The notes below the pieces were generated by a model. It made no database searches. It had not been told where the DNA came from and worked only from the letters and a program-made list of their open reading frames with translations. Positions 30,788-43,819 of a stretch of DNA of 64,000 bases are shown piece after piece. The translations under genes were made by a program, and so were the position numbers. Every line of letters begins with the position of its first letter. The first letter of the stretch is position 1. Source of the DNA: Octopus vulgaris (lineage: Eukaryota); NCBI GenBank assembly GCA_951406725.2, contig OX597830.1, positions 73,594,001-73,658,000 of the forward strand. Direction: 5' to 3'.

Positions 30788-30866
30788 GCGTTACATTTGT
30801 TTCGGGCCTTTATTAGACGGTTTATAACAATGCATAATTGATGTAAATGTGGCCTTCTTCAGCCGC
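30788..30866 (-). ncRNA. Degenerate type I hammerhead motif (CUGAAGA core), Penelope-type
   Basis: Minus strand gcgg-CTGAAGA-aggcc...ggccc-GAAA-caaatg-TA-acgc. Confidence 0.5.
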
Positions 30867-30957
30867 GTATAATTACTACTTCAAGGACATGTATTACATT
30901 CTAAGTTTTACGTTGGGAATGCAAATCCTCATAGTCACGTACGACAGAGCGAGGCAT

Positions 30958-31110
30958 ATTATTGACATTATTTTGAATTGACGGATGTTTGTCCACATCT
31001 TGTCTGTTGTTAACACAACGTTTCGGAGGATATACCTTCCAGCCTTCATCAGGTGTCTTTGGGAAATTTCAAACCTGGGTTCTTATTCTTAAAGTATTTT
31101 GCGAGGTTGT
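30958..31110 (-). mobile_element. Penelope-like element end containing a minimal type I hammerhead (31012-31057)
   Basis: gacac-CTGATGA-aggctgg...tcc-GAAA-cg-TT-gtgtt: 5-bp stem I, palindromic aacgtt stem III. Confidence 0.75.
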
Positions 31111-31394
31111 TGTTGTTATTATTATCATTATTAATATTATAGTTGTTATTATTATTATTATTCAGTAATTATGATAAGAAACATATTATACACACCCACT
31201 TACATATACAGAAAATATTGCATTTTTGTATATGCTATAAATACAAACACATATACATACACACACACACACACATATATATATACATATATATATATAT
31301 AAACATATATATATAAACATGCATATATACATACATATATACGTATGCATATATAAATATATATGCATATATATACATATATATATACACATAT

Positions 31395-31461
<67 letters not shown>

Positions 31462-31467
31462 CATATA

Positions 31468-31520
<53 letters not shown>

Positions 31521-31563
31521 ATATATATATATATATATACATATATACATATATATATATATA

Positions 31564-32166
31564 AACAATATAATAAATAAATAAAATATATGCATATATA
31601 TATACATATATGTACATACTTACATCTACATGTATATATACAAGCATATATATATATGAGTACAGGACACAACAAATAAACGTAGAACGAGAAACGAAAA
31701 CAAAATCAAACAAGGAAACGGACTTATTTTAACAACGGAAAAACAGAGTACAGGACAAACAATACAAGGACAATTCCACTTCATCAACTGTCCCTGGTTC
31801 GGCTCAATGCGTGTTTCGAAGGTAAGGACAGAACATGGCCAGGCCGAAGCAGTCCTTCCTGCAAAAGAGATTAAATAAAATTCTTTTGAAGATGGGTAAA
31901 ATGAGTGACAAGAACAGGACGTTGCTTTTACCTCTCTGCAAAAGAATTTTATTTAATTCCTTTTGCAGGAAGGACTGCTTCGGCTTGGCCGTGTTCTGTC
32001 CTTACCTTCGAATCACGCATTGAGCCGAACCAGGGACAGCTGATGAAGTAGAATTTTCCTTGTATTGTTTGTCCTGTACTCTTTTTTTTCTTTGTTAAAA
32101 AAAGTCCGTTTCCTTGTTTGATTTTGTTTTCGTTTCTCGTTCTACGTTTATTTGTGGTGTCCTGTA

Positions 32167-32205
<39 letters not shown>

Positions 32206-32335
32206 TTGTATATATACATGTAGATGTAAGTATGCACATATATGTATGTATATATGCATATATTTTATTTATATATTATATTGTTATTATATGACCGAAC
32301 GAACGCGTCGTTTCTCTTCGTTTCGCTTCTCCAAG
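31564..32335. mobile_element. Inverted pair of a dispersed (Penelope-like?) repeat; ~340-bp arms 31564-31901 / 31926-32285
   Basis: Arms are reverse complements with scattered mismatches; family members at 29575 and 38841. Confidence 0.85.
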
Positions 32336-32350
32336 TAATATATATATATA

Positions 32351-32396
<46 letters not shown>

Positions 32397-33085
32397 CACA
32401 TACATATATATACAGATATATATACATGCATGCAAACACACGCACACGCACACACATATATATATACTCACACACACATGTCTATATGAATGCGTATAAT
32501 TAAGAGGGCGGGAGAGAGTGAGAAATGGAACGCAGAGGGCATAGAATTTGCTTTTTAACTGAAACTTCGCAGACAATTGATCTATGTCTGTAATGCATTC
32601 CTGTACATGAATCAACGAGGAGTCAAATAATTCTTTAGCAATGGTAACGTAACACTCCGTTCTCCGTGACTTTTGCGTTTCGAAGAAGTTCTTTGCTTTG
32701 GGCTTTTGGTCCTCGTATTTCAAAACAAGAAAACCAAAAAAAAAAAAAAGATAAATAAATAAATGAAAGAAATGAAATACAAGAAAAGAAGCAAAGCAAG
32801 TCTTTGGAGACTCCTTTTCGTTTCCATTCGAATGATTTCCTTCATTTTTTATATGTTTCTGTCTTTTTCGTATCTTTTTCAAATATATTTTCTATTTTTT
32901 CATTATATTCTCCTGTTCGCCTATACTTTTCTTTCTATATCGTCGCCGTCATCGTCGTCGTCGTCATCATCATCATCATCATTACCATCACTACCATTGT
33001 CACGACCACTAACACAGCGTCATCTTTATCTTTCATGTTTTTTTCTTCTTTCCTCTTCCGCCTCCCCTTCCAAGTTCTTCTCCTC

Positions 33086-33128
<43 letters not shown>

Positions 33129-33541
33129 TCTTAGTATTGATGCTGTTATCACCACCACCACCACCACCACCACCACCACCACCAACAACAACACCACCGA
33201 CACCGACACCACCACCACCATCATCACAATCATCATAAGCCATTGGTTGTGGTAGTACCAGTAACATCACCAGCAGTGGTGATGGAGGTGGTGGTTGTCG
33301 TGGTGGTAGTAGTGATGCTGTATACCTCCAGTAGTAACACGTCCTTTCATCTCTTCTATACTTTTTACTCAGCTCCACTCTGCTCAGCTCATATATTATA
33401 ATGGAATAAACAAAACTTCCAGGGCGGCAAAAGCTTAGAAAATAATTAAATTTCACGTTAGTACAGTGTCTGTCCGGTTGTCTTAGCCGGCGCGGATGCG
33501 TACAAGTGCGTATGTGTGTGTGCTTGTATATATATACATAC

Positions 33542-33614
<73 letters not shown>

Positions 33615-33675
33615 AATATACATATATATATATATACATAAATATACATATATATATATATATACATGCATATAC

Positions 33676-33711
<36 letters not shown>

Positions 33712-33839
33712 GTATAAACATATATATATATATATACATAAATACATACATACACATATATAGACATATATATATATACATACACATATAGATACATATA
33801 TACATATATATATACATATTTATACATAGATATATATAG

Positions 33840-33871
<32 letters not shown>

Positions 33872-34402
33872 GTATATGTATGTTATGCATGTATATGTGT
33901 GTGTTTGCATGAACGAATGAACATGTAAGTTCTATGATTTAATTTTAAGTGTCAAAGACGATACAGTGCCAACGTAAGTATTTTACCGTATTTAGATACT
34001 TACGTTGTTTAGATCCCAATAGAGTTCAATTAATTTCTAACCGCATATCCATGGCCAAAGACATAATTCATTATAGCCTCTGGCGGGACATAATGACTGG
34101 CTGTCCGTAATTTCCACTCTTCACATTTCGAGTTCGAATCCAGGTCAAATTTCCATACATTATTTTCATAGGCGTCGTTGATTGGACGCTGACTTTTTTG
34201 ACATAAGACTTTTTGATGTTTCCCTCGTTACCACGCTCCCTCTTTCTTTCTTCTATCTCACCCTTGCTGTCGTTTACGTGCGTGAGCATATCTCACTTTA
34301 TGTGTATGAAGAGATGGAATGTGTTTATAGCAACTGTGTTCAATTAATATATTATAATGCCTCTTACTCTCCTTCTTTCATCTGTCACTCTCTCTGTCAT
34401 TA

Positions 34403-34816
34403 TCTCATTTACTCATTTACTCATTTACTTGTTTCAGTCATTTGACTGCGGCCATGCTGGAGTACCGCCTTTAGTCGAGCAAATCGACCCCGGGACTTAT
34501 TCTTTGTAAGCCCAGTACTTATTCTATCGGTCTCTTTTGCCAAACCGCTAAGTGACGGGGACGTAAACACACCAGCATCGGTTGTCAAGCAATGCTAGAG
34601 GGATAAACACACAAACATACACACACACATACATATATATATATATACATATATACGACAGGCTTCTTTCAGTTTCCGTCTACCAAATCCACTCACAAGG
34701 CTTTAGTCGGCCCGAGGCTATAGCAGAAGACACTTGCCCAAGATGCCACGCAGTGGGCCTGAACCCGGAACCATGTGGTTGGTTAGCAAGCTACTTACCA
34801 CCCAGCCACTCCTGCG
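34403..34816 (-). mobile_element. Full-length SINE-B
   Basis: Homology to 24616-25029. Confidence 0.92.
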
Positions 34817-35290
34817 TGAAAACTTGTGAATCTGAACGTGTGTATGTGCTTAACTCCAGCGTCAAAACGTTCTGTCGCCAAAATTGTCGATTTTCTCGTC
34901 TTGTTTTTATTGTTATTGCGGTTGCAATTGTGACTAAAGAATACTCTAAACAGGCTTTATACGATCGCTTTGGTTTATTTACTTATTCATATTTGGAAGT
35001 CTGTTATAATTGTCGATTTTCTCGTTGTTTTTATTGTTATTGCGGTTGCAATTGTGACTAAAAAGCAGTTTATCATAACATTACATTTAATTTTTTTTTC
35101 TAGTTAATATCTAAATAGAAATCTTAGCTGAAGAAAGCTGCACACGCTCATCTGTTGCTCTTTACTACTTTTTTTTTATATCCCCAAACATGGGTATGTA
35201 GTTAAGAATCTTCCATTGCAATCACTTGGTTTCGAGTTCATTCTCATAGCGCACCACCTTGAGCAAATCTCTTCTACAATACCCCGGGCC

Positions 35291-35509
35291 GGACGCGAAT
35301 TTGTTTTCCCACGAGAGTTCCGGACCCAGTTCTGAACTCATTTGCATACAGCCAATCTGACGTCGATATACAATACCGTTCTTCGTCTTTATTTGGTAGA
35401 TTGTGTTTGTTAACTTAACAACAAGGTCAAGGTGAGCTCTGATTGACTCTATGCAAATGAGTTCACTACTGGGGTCCGGAAATCTTAAGCGGAAAATTTT
35501 TTGAGGGCA
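35291..35509. mobile_element. MITE-like element with ~43-bp inverted repeats, nested in a degenerate SINE-B (~35195-35560)
   Basis: 35318-35360 vs 35438-35481 reverse complement; outer boundaries approximate. Confidence 0.7.
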
Positions 35510-35616
35510 GGCCAATACTTTATGTACGAATTTTGTTGATGGAGGTAAACAAACCATCACCACTTTTAAAGTAGCGTGTCTATGTGGGAGTAGTGGTGGG
35601 CAAACGCAACACACAC

Positions 35617-36154
<538 letters not shown>

Positions 36155-36319
36155 TATATATATATATATATATATATATACAACGGGCTTCTTTCAGTTT
36201 CCAGTTGCCGTCTACCAAATCCACTGACAAGGCTTTGGTCAGCCCGAATGGAAGATAGTTTCCCCAGGTGCCACACAGTAAGACCGAACCCAAAACCTCT
36301 TAGTCACACATGCCGGCGT

Positions 36320-36780
36320 CAATTGATTGTATTGATTAACTGACATTAATTATATTAAGTAATACACTAAATATATTGAACGTACATATTAACTAGTAAA
36401 CAAATTCAGTTAATTAATTAGCGTAATGATTATTCTGATTATCTAATATTCTAATAATGCTGAATAATGACAAACTAGTTTAGCGAATTAATTAACAACA
36501 ATTAACTTAGTTATTAATCGTTGTTCTAGGCGAATATAATGAATAGCAGATTAATTAACCTTCTAATTGTATTAACAATATTTGCACTGATTAAGCAGTA
36601 TATAAATGTAATTAACAAACGTACTAATCATATTAATTGACATTGTAATTATACAGACTAACATATTAATTATATTACTAAAAAGCACTTGTACTGAATA
36701 ATTTATTTATTAATTATATTCGTGTTAACGCATTAATTATACATATTAACTAATTAAGCTGGTTAATAAACGAATTGATA
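36320..36780. repeat. AT-rich degenerate TTAATTAA-rich tract
   Basis: Dense taat/atta/ttaattaa motifs; resumes at ~37340-37460. Confidence 0.55.
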
Positions 36781-36784
36781 ACAT

Positions 36785-37340
36785 TGGCTTCAAATTTTGG
36801 TTACATTTTCGGGGACAGGAATAAGCCGATTACATGGTCCTCAACGGGTACTTAAATTGTCGACCCCGAAAGGATGAAAAGCAAAGTCATCCTCGGTAGG
36901 ATTCGAACCAAGAACGTACTGACAGACAAAATACCACAAAGTATTTTGCCTGCCGTGCTAGCGGTCCAGTCAGCTCGCTACCTTAAACAACTGGTACATA
37001 TTTTATCGATCCCCGAAAGGATGAAGTTCAAACTCGACCACGGTGGAATTTGAACTCAGAACGTGTAGACGGGCGAAATGCCGCTAAGCATTTAGCCCGG
37101 CGTGCTAACGGTCCAGTCAGCTCGCCACCTTAAACAAACTGATAATGTTGGTTTCAGATTTTGGCACAAGGCCAGTAATTTTGGGGTAGGGAGTGAATCG
37201 ATTGCGCCGACTTCATTAATCAACTGGTACTTATTTTATCGACCCCGAAAGGACGAAAGTCAAACTGGACAACGGTGGAATTTGAACTCAGAACGTGTAA
37301 ACGGGCGAAATACCGCTAAGCATTTGGCCCCACGTGCTAA
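36785..37340 (-). mobile_element. Three head-to-tail SINE-A copies
   Basis: Central domain repeated at ~36860, ~37005 and ~37238. Confidence 0.85.
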
Positions 37341-37793
37341 AAACATATTGATAATACTAATTAGCAAACGTACACGTTAAAGTGATTAAACTACTTAATC
37401 AATATCCTAATTATATTTTCAAACTAAACAATTTTAGCTACGTTTTAATTTATTATTGGAGAATCTCAATGCCCCGACGTGGACGCTCGACGTAGCAGCT
37501 AAATATACTTCAAATCACGTCTTCCAGAAAAGAGAGAGAAAAGGAGAAAGAGAGAGAGAGACATAGGGAGAGAGAGAGACAGATGACTAAAAGACGAGAT
37601 GGGCACAGCTGGAATTTCCCTGATCCGGAGTGATCTGTGGGTGGTAGTATTAGTATCAGCAGCAGCAACAGTAGTGGTAGCAACTGTGGTAATGGTCATG
37701 GTAGTGGTGGGGATGTTGATTGGTGGCGGTGGTTGTGACGACCATAAATGTAATCTCACGATTAACATTCGGATCGACTGCAATCAAAATGTG

Positions 37794-37862
37794 GAGCATG
37801 CGCAGAAGCTCATCTAGAAGCCTTTGAGACCGCCCCTAATACACGGAAGTCAGCCAATCAGA
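37794..37862. promoter_or_regulatory. Promoter-like motif cluster (NRF1-like, GC box, ETS, CCAAT)
   Basis: gagcatgcgca, ccgccc, cggaagt, agccaatcag within 70 bp; may be transposon-internal. Confidence 0.35.
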
Positions 37863-38123
37863 ACACACTAACTTCTTACTAATCGCATCGAATTACATTG
37901 GTGTACAACAGCGCAAAAAATAGTTTACTGGAAAATATGAAATAGATAGCATGCATTTATACACACACAGACGTACACATAGACCAGCTATTAATTAATT
38001 AAGTAAATAAAATAAAATTAATTAAAACTTTTCAAAATTCCAATCTTCTCTCTTCTACTTTTAATTTTGCCCGATTGTTATTTTTTCTTTCAAAATTTTA
38101 TTTATTTGTCTGTATTTATATTT

Positions 38124-38545
38124 GGCGATCTGACAGAGTCGTTCACAAGGCGAACAAAATACTATAGAGGTATTTCGTCCCGCTTTTTACTTTCCTGAGT
38201 TCAAATTCCGCCGAGGTCGACTTTGCTTTTTTTATCCTTTTTAGGGGTCGATAAAATAAGTACTTTTTCAGCACCGGAGTTATTGTAACCGATTAGCTCC
38301 TTCCCCTAAAATCCAGATCGCATGCCTATAGAAGAAAGAATTATGCATTTGCATTTAAAGGAAGCGAACGGGCAAGATCGCCGCATTTCGTTCGGCAGTT
38401 TACGTTCTGAGTTCAACTTCCACCCATGTCAATTTCCCCTTTTTATCGTTTCAGCGTCGATGAAATAAATATTAGTTGAGCGCTGGCGTTGATAGAATCG
38501 ATTAGGCCGCTCCCGCAAAATGTCTGGCCTTGTGTCTATAATAAA
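38124..38545 (+). mobile_element. Two tandem diverged SINE-A copies, tail ii
   Basis: gagttcaaattccgccgaggtcgactttgc at ~38198; second copy from ~38360. Confidence 0.75.
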
Positions 38546-38558
38546 AATATTTATATTA

Positions 38559-38787
38559 TTTTACTTGTTTCAATCATTAGACCACGGCCATGCTGGAGCA
38601 CCATCTTAAAGGGTTTTAGTCGAAGAAATCGCCCCAGGATTTATTCTTTGTAAGCCTAGTACTTCATTCAACCGGTCTCTTTTGCCAACCGCAAAGTTAG
38701 GAGGATATAAACACACAAACAACGGTTGTCAACTGATGGTGGGCAGAGAAACACACGCACACACACACATACACACACACATGTATG

Positions 38788-38842
<55 letters not shown>

Positions 38843-39250
38843 TCCGTTCCTTGCTGTTTTTGCGTTTTCGTTTCTCGTTGAGTTCTTCGTCTATTTGTGG
38901 TGTCCTGTACACACGTATATATATTTATATATGCATGATATATACATGTAGATTTAGGTACGTACATATATGTTTGTATGTATGCATATATTTTATTTAT
39001 TACACTATTGTATGACTGAGCGCCTTCGCGTCGATTCGATTCGATTCGTTTCGTTTCGTTTCGTTTCTTCTTCTAAGCCGGTTTATATATATATATACGA
39101 AGGGCTTCTTTCAGTTTCCGTCTACCAAATCCATTCACAAGGCTTTGGTCGGCCCGAGGCTATAGTAGAAGACACTTGCCCAAGGTGCCACTCAGTGGGA
39201 CTGAACCCGGAACCACGTGGTTGAGGAGCAAGCTTCTAACCACACCCCCA
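38559..39250 (-). mobile_element. SINE-B interrupted in its internal microsatellite by a fragment (38841-39080) of the 31564-32335 family
   Basis: 3' half 38559-38770, 5' half 39098-39250; insert matches 32103-32335. Confidence 0.8.
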
Positions 39251-39558
39251 CGTAATAATTTTATTTCATTTAGATTTAGATCTTCTAATATGCCCTTCGC
39301 TTATAATGAATTTCGATTTTCATTTCTATGATTTTAGATCTAAACTATGTCTCATATTTCTTTTATCTTTTTATCTTTTCTTTCTTTCAGTCATTGGAGT
39401 GCGACCATGCTGGAGCGCCGCATAGAAGTGTTTAGCTGGAGAATTGCGTCGAAGAGTTAAGTGGGGGAAAAAAAAATAAAACAAATCCACCCCAGCACTC
39501 ACATTAAGACATTCATCTATTCTATTGGGGGTCTTTTTGCCGAACCGCTAAGTTACTT

Positions 39559-39680
39559 GTCTGTTTGTCTGTGTGTTTACAAGATTACTGGAAAACGGCT
39601 GGACTGCTTTTCACCAAATCTGGCAGAAATACTCATTGGGTGAGTGACTCGAACTGATGGAAATTTGGCTTAATTAGCGT
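39559..39680 (+). mobile_element. Helentron/DINE-1-like non-autonomous fragment
   Basis: gtctgt repeats followed by aaaacggctggactgcttttcaccaaatctggca, resembling that family's core. Confidence 0.45.
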
Positions 39681-39769
39681 GTGTGTGTGTGCGCGCGCGA
39701 GTACAGTGATAGATTCGAAGGTTTCGTTTATTTCTTAATTTCCCCGGAGTATAAATACCTATAATAGTG

Positions 39770-40042
39770 GAGGCACATGGCCTAGTGGTTAGAGCAGCGG
39801 ACTCGCGGTCGGGGGATAGCGGGTTCGAATCTCAGACCGGGCGATGTGTTTGGTTATGAGCGAAACACCTAATCTCCACGCGGCCCCGGCAGAAGGTAAT
39901 GGCGAACTTTTGCTGACTCTTGCATCTAGCAGCTCACCTACGACGGACCGGCATCTCGTCCAGGTGGGGAATCTACACGCCAAGGAAACCGGGGAACCGG
40001 CCATTATGAGCCAGGCGTGGCTCGAGAAGGAACAAACAATAG
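39770..40042 (+). mobile_element. SINE family C (tRNA-like head), variant body, 15-bp TSD
   Basis: tggcctagtggttagagc...ggttcgaatct A/B boxes; TSD atacctataatagtg at 39755-39769 and 40043-40057. Confidence 0.88.
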
Positions 40043-40414
40043 ATACCTATAATAGTGATACTTGAAAAAAAAAATTATCTGCGTGTAGGGTATCGCCCTT
40101 CCGATGCCCTTCTTTTACTAATCATTATTATCATTATTTCGCTTAGACGAAGCGATAATATTAGTAACCTGGTGTTAGAACTTAAAATACTTAGATTTCA
40201 GAAAAAAGCGTTAGTTTATGCTGTTTTCGATAGTAATGCTTTCTGCATAGGTAAATACATATTTCATTGTACACACACTTACATACACACTCAGACATAT
40301 ACTCGCACACATACACACGCATGCACACACAAGAGTTAAATAAATACTTTCGAGTTTACAAACAATGGAAAAGCGCACTCATATATAAAAGTTGAGTATC
40401 ACGATATCATATAG

Positions 40415-40745
40415 TGGTGAAGGCGTATGGTTCGATGGTTAGAGCGTCAGTCTCACAATCATGAGGTAGTGAGTTCGATTTCCGGATCGGTTTCGGTGTT
40501 GTGTTTTTGAGCAAGACACTTTATTTCACGTTGCTCCAGTTCCCTCAGCTGTAGAAATGAGTTATGACGTCACTTGTGTAAAGCTGTATCGGCTTTTCCC
40601 TCAGAAAACATCAGTGACATGGAGAAGGGACGCTGTATGTATGGGCGACTGCTGATCTTCCATAAACATCCTTGCCCGGACTTGTGCATCAGGGGTAACA
40701 TTCTTGCTGGAATTCCATAGCCATTCATGACCGAAGAAGTCTTCG
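40415..40745 (+). mobile_element. SINE family D, near full length
   Basis: tRNA-like head (tggttagagcg...gagttcgatt) then ttgagcaagacacttta CORE-like motif. Confidence 0.8.
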
Positions 40746-40788
40746 TTCTCAATTACTCTCTTAACTACTCCGAATTATACGCAAAATC

Positions 40789-41071
40789 GTGGAGGCGCAA
40801 TGGCCCAGTGGTTAGGGCAACGGTCGTAGGATCGCGGTTTCAACCCCAGACTGGGCGTTGTGAGTGTTTATTGAGTGAAAACATCTAAAGCACCACGAGG
40901 ATCCGACAGGGGAAAGTGGCGACCCTTGCTGTATTCTTTCACCACAAATTTCTCTCACTCTTTCTTCCTGTTTCTGTTGTAACTGAATTTCAAAGGGCCA
41001 GCCTTGCCACACTCTGTGTCACGCTGACTCTCCTCGAGAACTACGTTAAGGGTACACGTGTCTGTGAAATG
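40789..41071 (+). mobile_element. SINE-C with alternative 3' tail
   Basis: Head and body match 56208-56495; tail differs. Confidence 0.8.
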
Positions 41072-41412
41072 CTTTACTACAGTTTTCACTTCCTCGTCAC
41101 TGGAATAACGTTTGCCTCTCAAACCCTCTTTCACGGGGGCGAAGTTATGATAGTCTGAAGGCGCTAAATCTGGTGAGTGTAGAGGTAGTGAAGAAGAGGC
41201 TCAAAGAACAGTCAACAGAATTTTACGGGGCAGGGATACATGCTCTCATTTAAAGGCAGAATATTGCTATTGAGAGAAACGATGACTATGTTGAGAAGTA
41301 GGGATGTGATCCATAGAGGACCAGCTTCATTGTGGTGTATGATACATGTTCTTGTGTTGGTAATTATACTTGTCTTAAACAAAATGGCATTACTTTTTGA
41401 TCCACCCTCGTA
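41072..41412 (+). pseudogene. Mariner transposase C-terminal remnant plus right TIR, with internal inversion
   Basis: 41072-41185 (-) encodes HSPDLAPSDY..VKEGLRGKRYSSDEEVK; 41185-41302 (+) VKKRLKEQSTEFYGAGIHALI*RQNIAIERNDDYVEK*; ends ttactttttgatccaccctcg|TA. Confidence 0.85.
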
Positions 41413-41645
41413 CTTCCAGGATAACAAGCTCTATCTACCCGAATTACTCACTAATTAACCCATAGATGAGACTAATTAATCCGTAGCTGAGACTCTGATA
41501 GGTGCTACTGTTCCGGATCAGAAAAAAACTTGAGAACAATAGTGGCTAGGGGGTTGTTCCACACTCCTTAATATCCTGAAACTCTTGGAAATAGGCCCCT
41601 AGAATGGATATAGTATTAAGTTATATCTAGGATGCACTCATATAC

Positions 41646-41679
<34 letters not shown>

Positions 41680-41726
41680 TGACCTATTTATCTACCTATC
41701 TCTCTATCTATCTACATCTCTATCTC

Positions 41727-42028
<302 letters not shown>

Positions 42029-42082
42029 TGACCTATTTATTTACCTATCTCTCTATCTATTTACCTATCTATCTATCTTTTC

Positions 42083-42134
<52 letters not shown>

Positions 42135-42266
42135 GCACACAAGGCATTATTCATGTCGAATGTAAATATAGATATTGGTATATGCTGTAATATGTGTATC
42201 AATAATGGTCAATAAAACATTTTCCCCTTCGCATTCAAAATGTATCATTATTATTATTATCATTAC

Positions 42267-42306
<40 letters not shown>

Positions 42307-42656
42307 GTTGTTTTTTTTTTCATTAATGATACTGCACTCACGGATCATCATCATCATCATGATGTTATTTTAATTTTTTTTTCTTTTCCTAGCCTCTGCA
42401 GACTACAATTATTCATTTACCTACATATTTATGCCTCACTCCCAATGTATTCACCTTTTTATTGTTTTGTTTGTTCATTGTATGCATTGTTTCAACCCAC
42501 CCTACAAACTCTCTCAGATATCCATAATCTTCTATTTACTTCAGTAATCTTTAAAAAATCCTGCCAAAAATCCAGTAATCTCATGAGCATTTATCAAAAC
42601 GATTCTGACACTGAATATTTTAAGCAGAAGAGAATATGATAATAATAGTAATAATG

Positions 42657-42733
<77 letters not shown>

Positions 42734-42873
42734 GATAATATAAGAAATTTTGTTTTTTACTTCAATATATTTTTGTGTTCATGCATACACACACATACAC
42801 ATATATGTTTACATACATACATACATACATAGATACATACATACATACATAAATACATACATACATACATACA

Positions 42874-42905
<32 letters not shown>

Positions 42906-43231
42906 GTAGGTACGTACGTAGAGGCATGCATGCATGCATACATACATATACGTAGGAGCCAAATAATTTTTATGGACGTTGCATCTGAAAATGACACCTG
43001 AATCTATTATGATACACAAACCCCACCAACCCCCTTCAGCACCACCCACCACCACCACCACCCCGCCACACACATCTGTATGTACACGTAGCAGCTTGTA
43101 TTATTGATTATGTTAAACACATAACTTAAAGAGAAACAAACATTGACGGATAAAATGGCGGAAATACACTAAATTTATTTGTTTTTCACTGTCTCTCTCT
43201 CTCGCATCTGTTTCTCTTTTTCCCTTACTCT

Positions 43232-43273
<42 letters not shown>

Positions 43274-43587
43274 ATCTTCGTTATTCTTTTTCTATGTACA
43301 AATCATATTTCGTATTGCTATATATGGTTTTTTTCTTTTATTTTGTGTATTCCGTCTATTTCTGTTCTTTCCTTCTCCCTTCTCCTCTCTTTTCTCCCGC
43401 CCCTTTTTTTTTTTTTTTTGTTTCTCCCCATCTAATCCTCTCTACCTGTCTTTCTGTCTTTCTAAATACACCGTTTTCTTTCTAGCTTTCTCTTTTTCCA
43501 AGTATAAACCGTTAAGACTATAATTCTGTTCGGATCAATAACCAACGAAAAAAGCTACATATAAAATAAGTAAATGAATCAATCTAC

Positions 43588-43619
<32 letters not shown>

Positions 43620-43655
43620 GTATGTATGTGTGCATGTGTGTGTGTATATTATATA

Positions 43656-43686
<31 letters not shown>

Positions 43687-43700
43687 ATATGTATATATAT

Positions 43701-43749
<49 letters not shown>

Positions 43750-43754
43750 CATAC

Positions 43755-43819
<65 letters not shown>

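Noticed and set aside
32500-32730. Non-repetitive minus-strand ORF segment as a coding exon
   Set aside because: No recognisable domain and no convincing splice donor; cannot be excluded without RNA-seq
39770-39845. tRNA gene calls at SINE heads (also 40415, 40789, 56420)
   Set aside because: They continue into SINE bodies, one with a TSD; no proper cloverleaf or terminator
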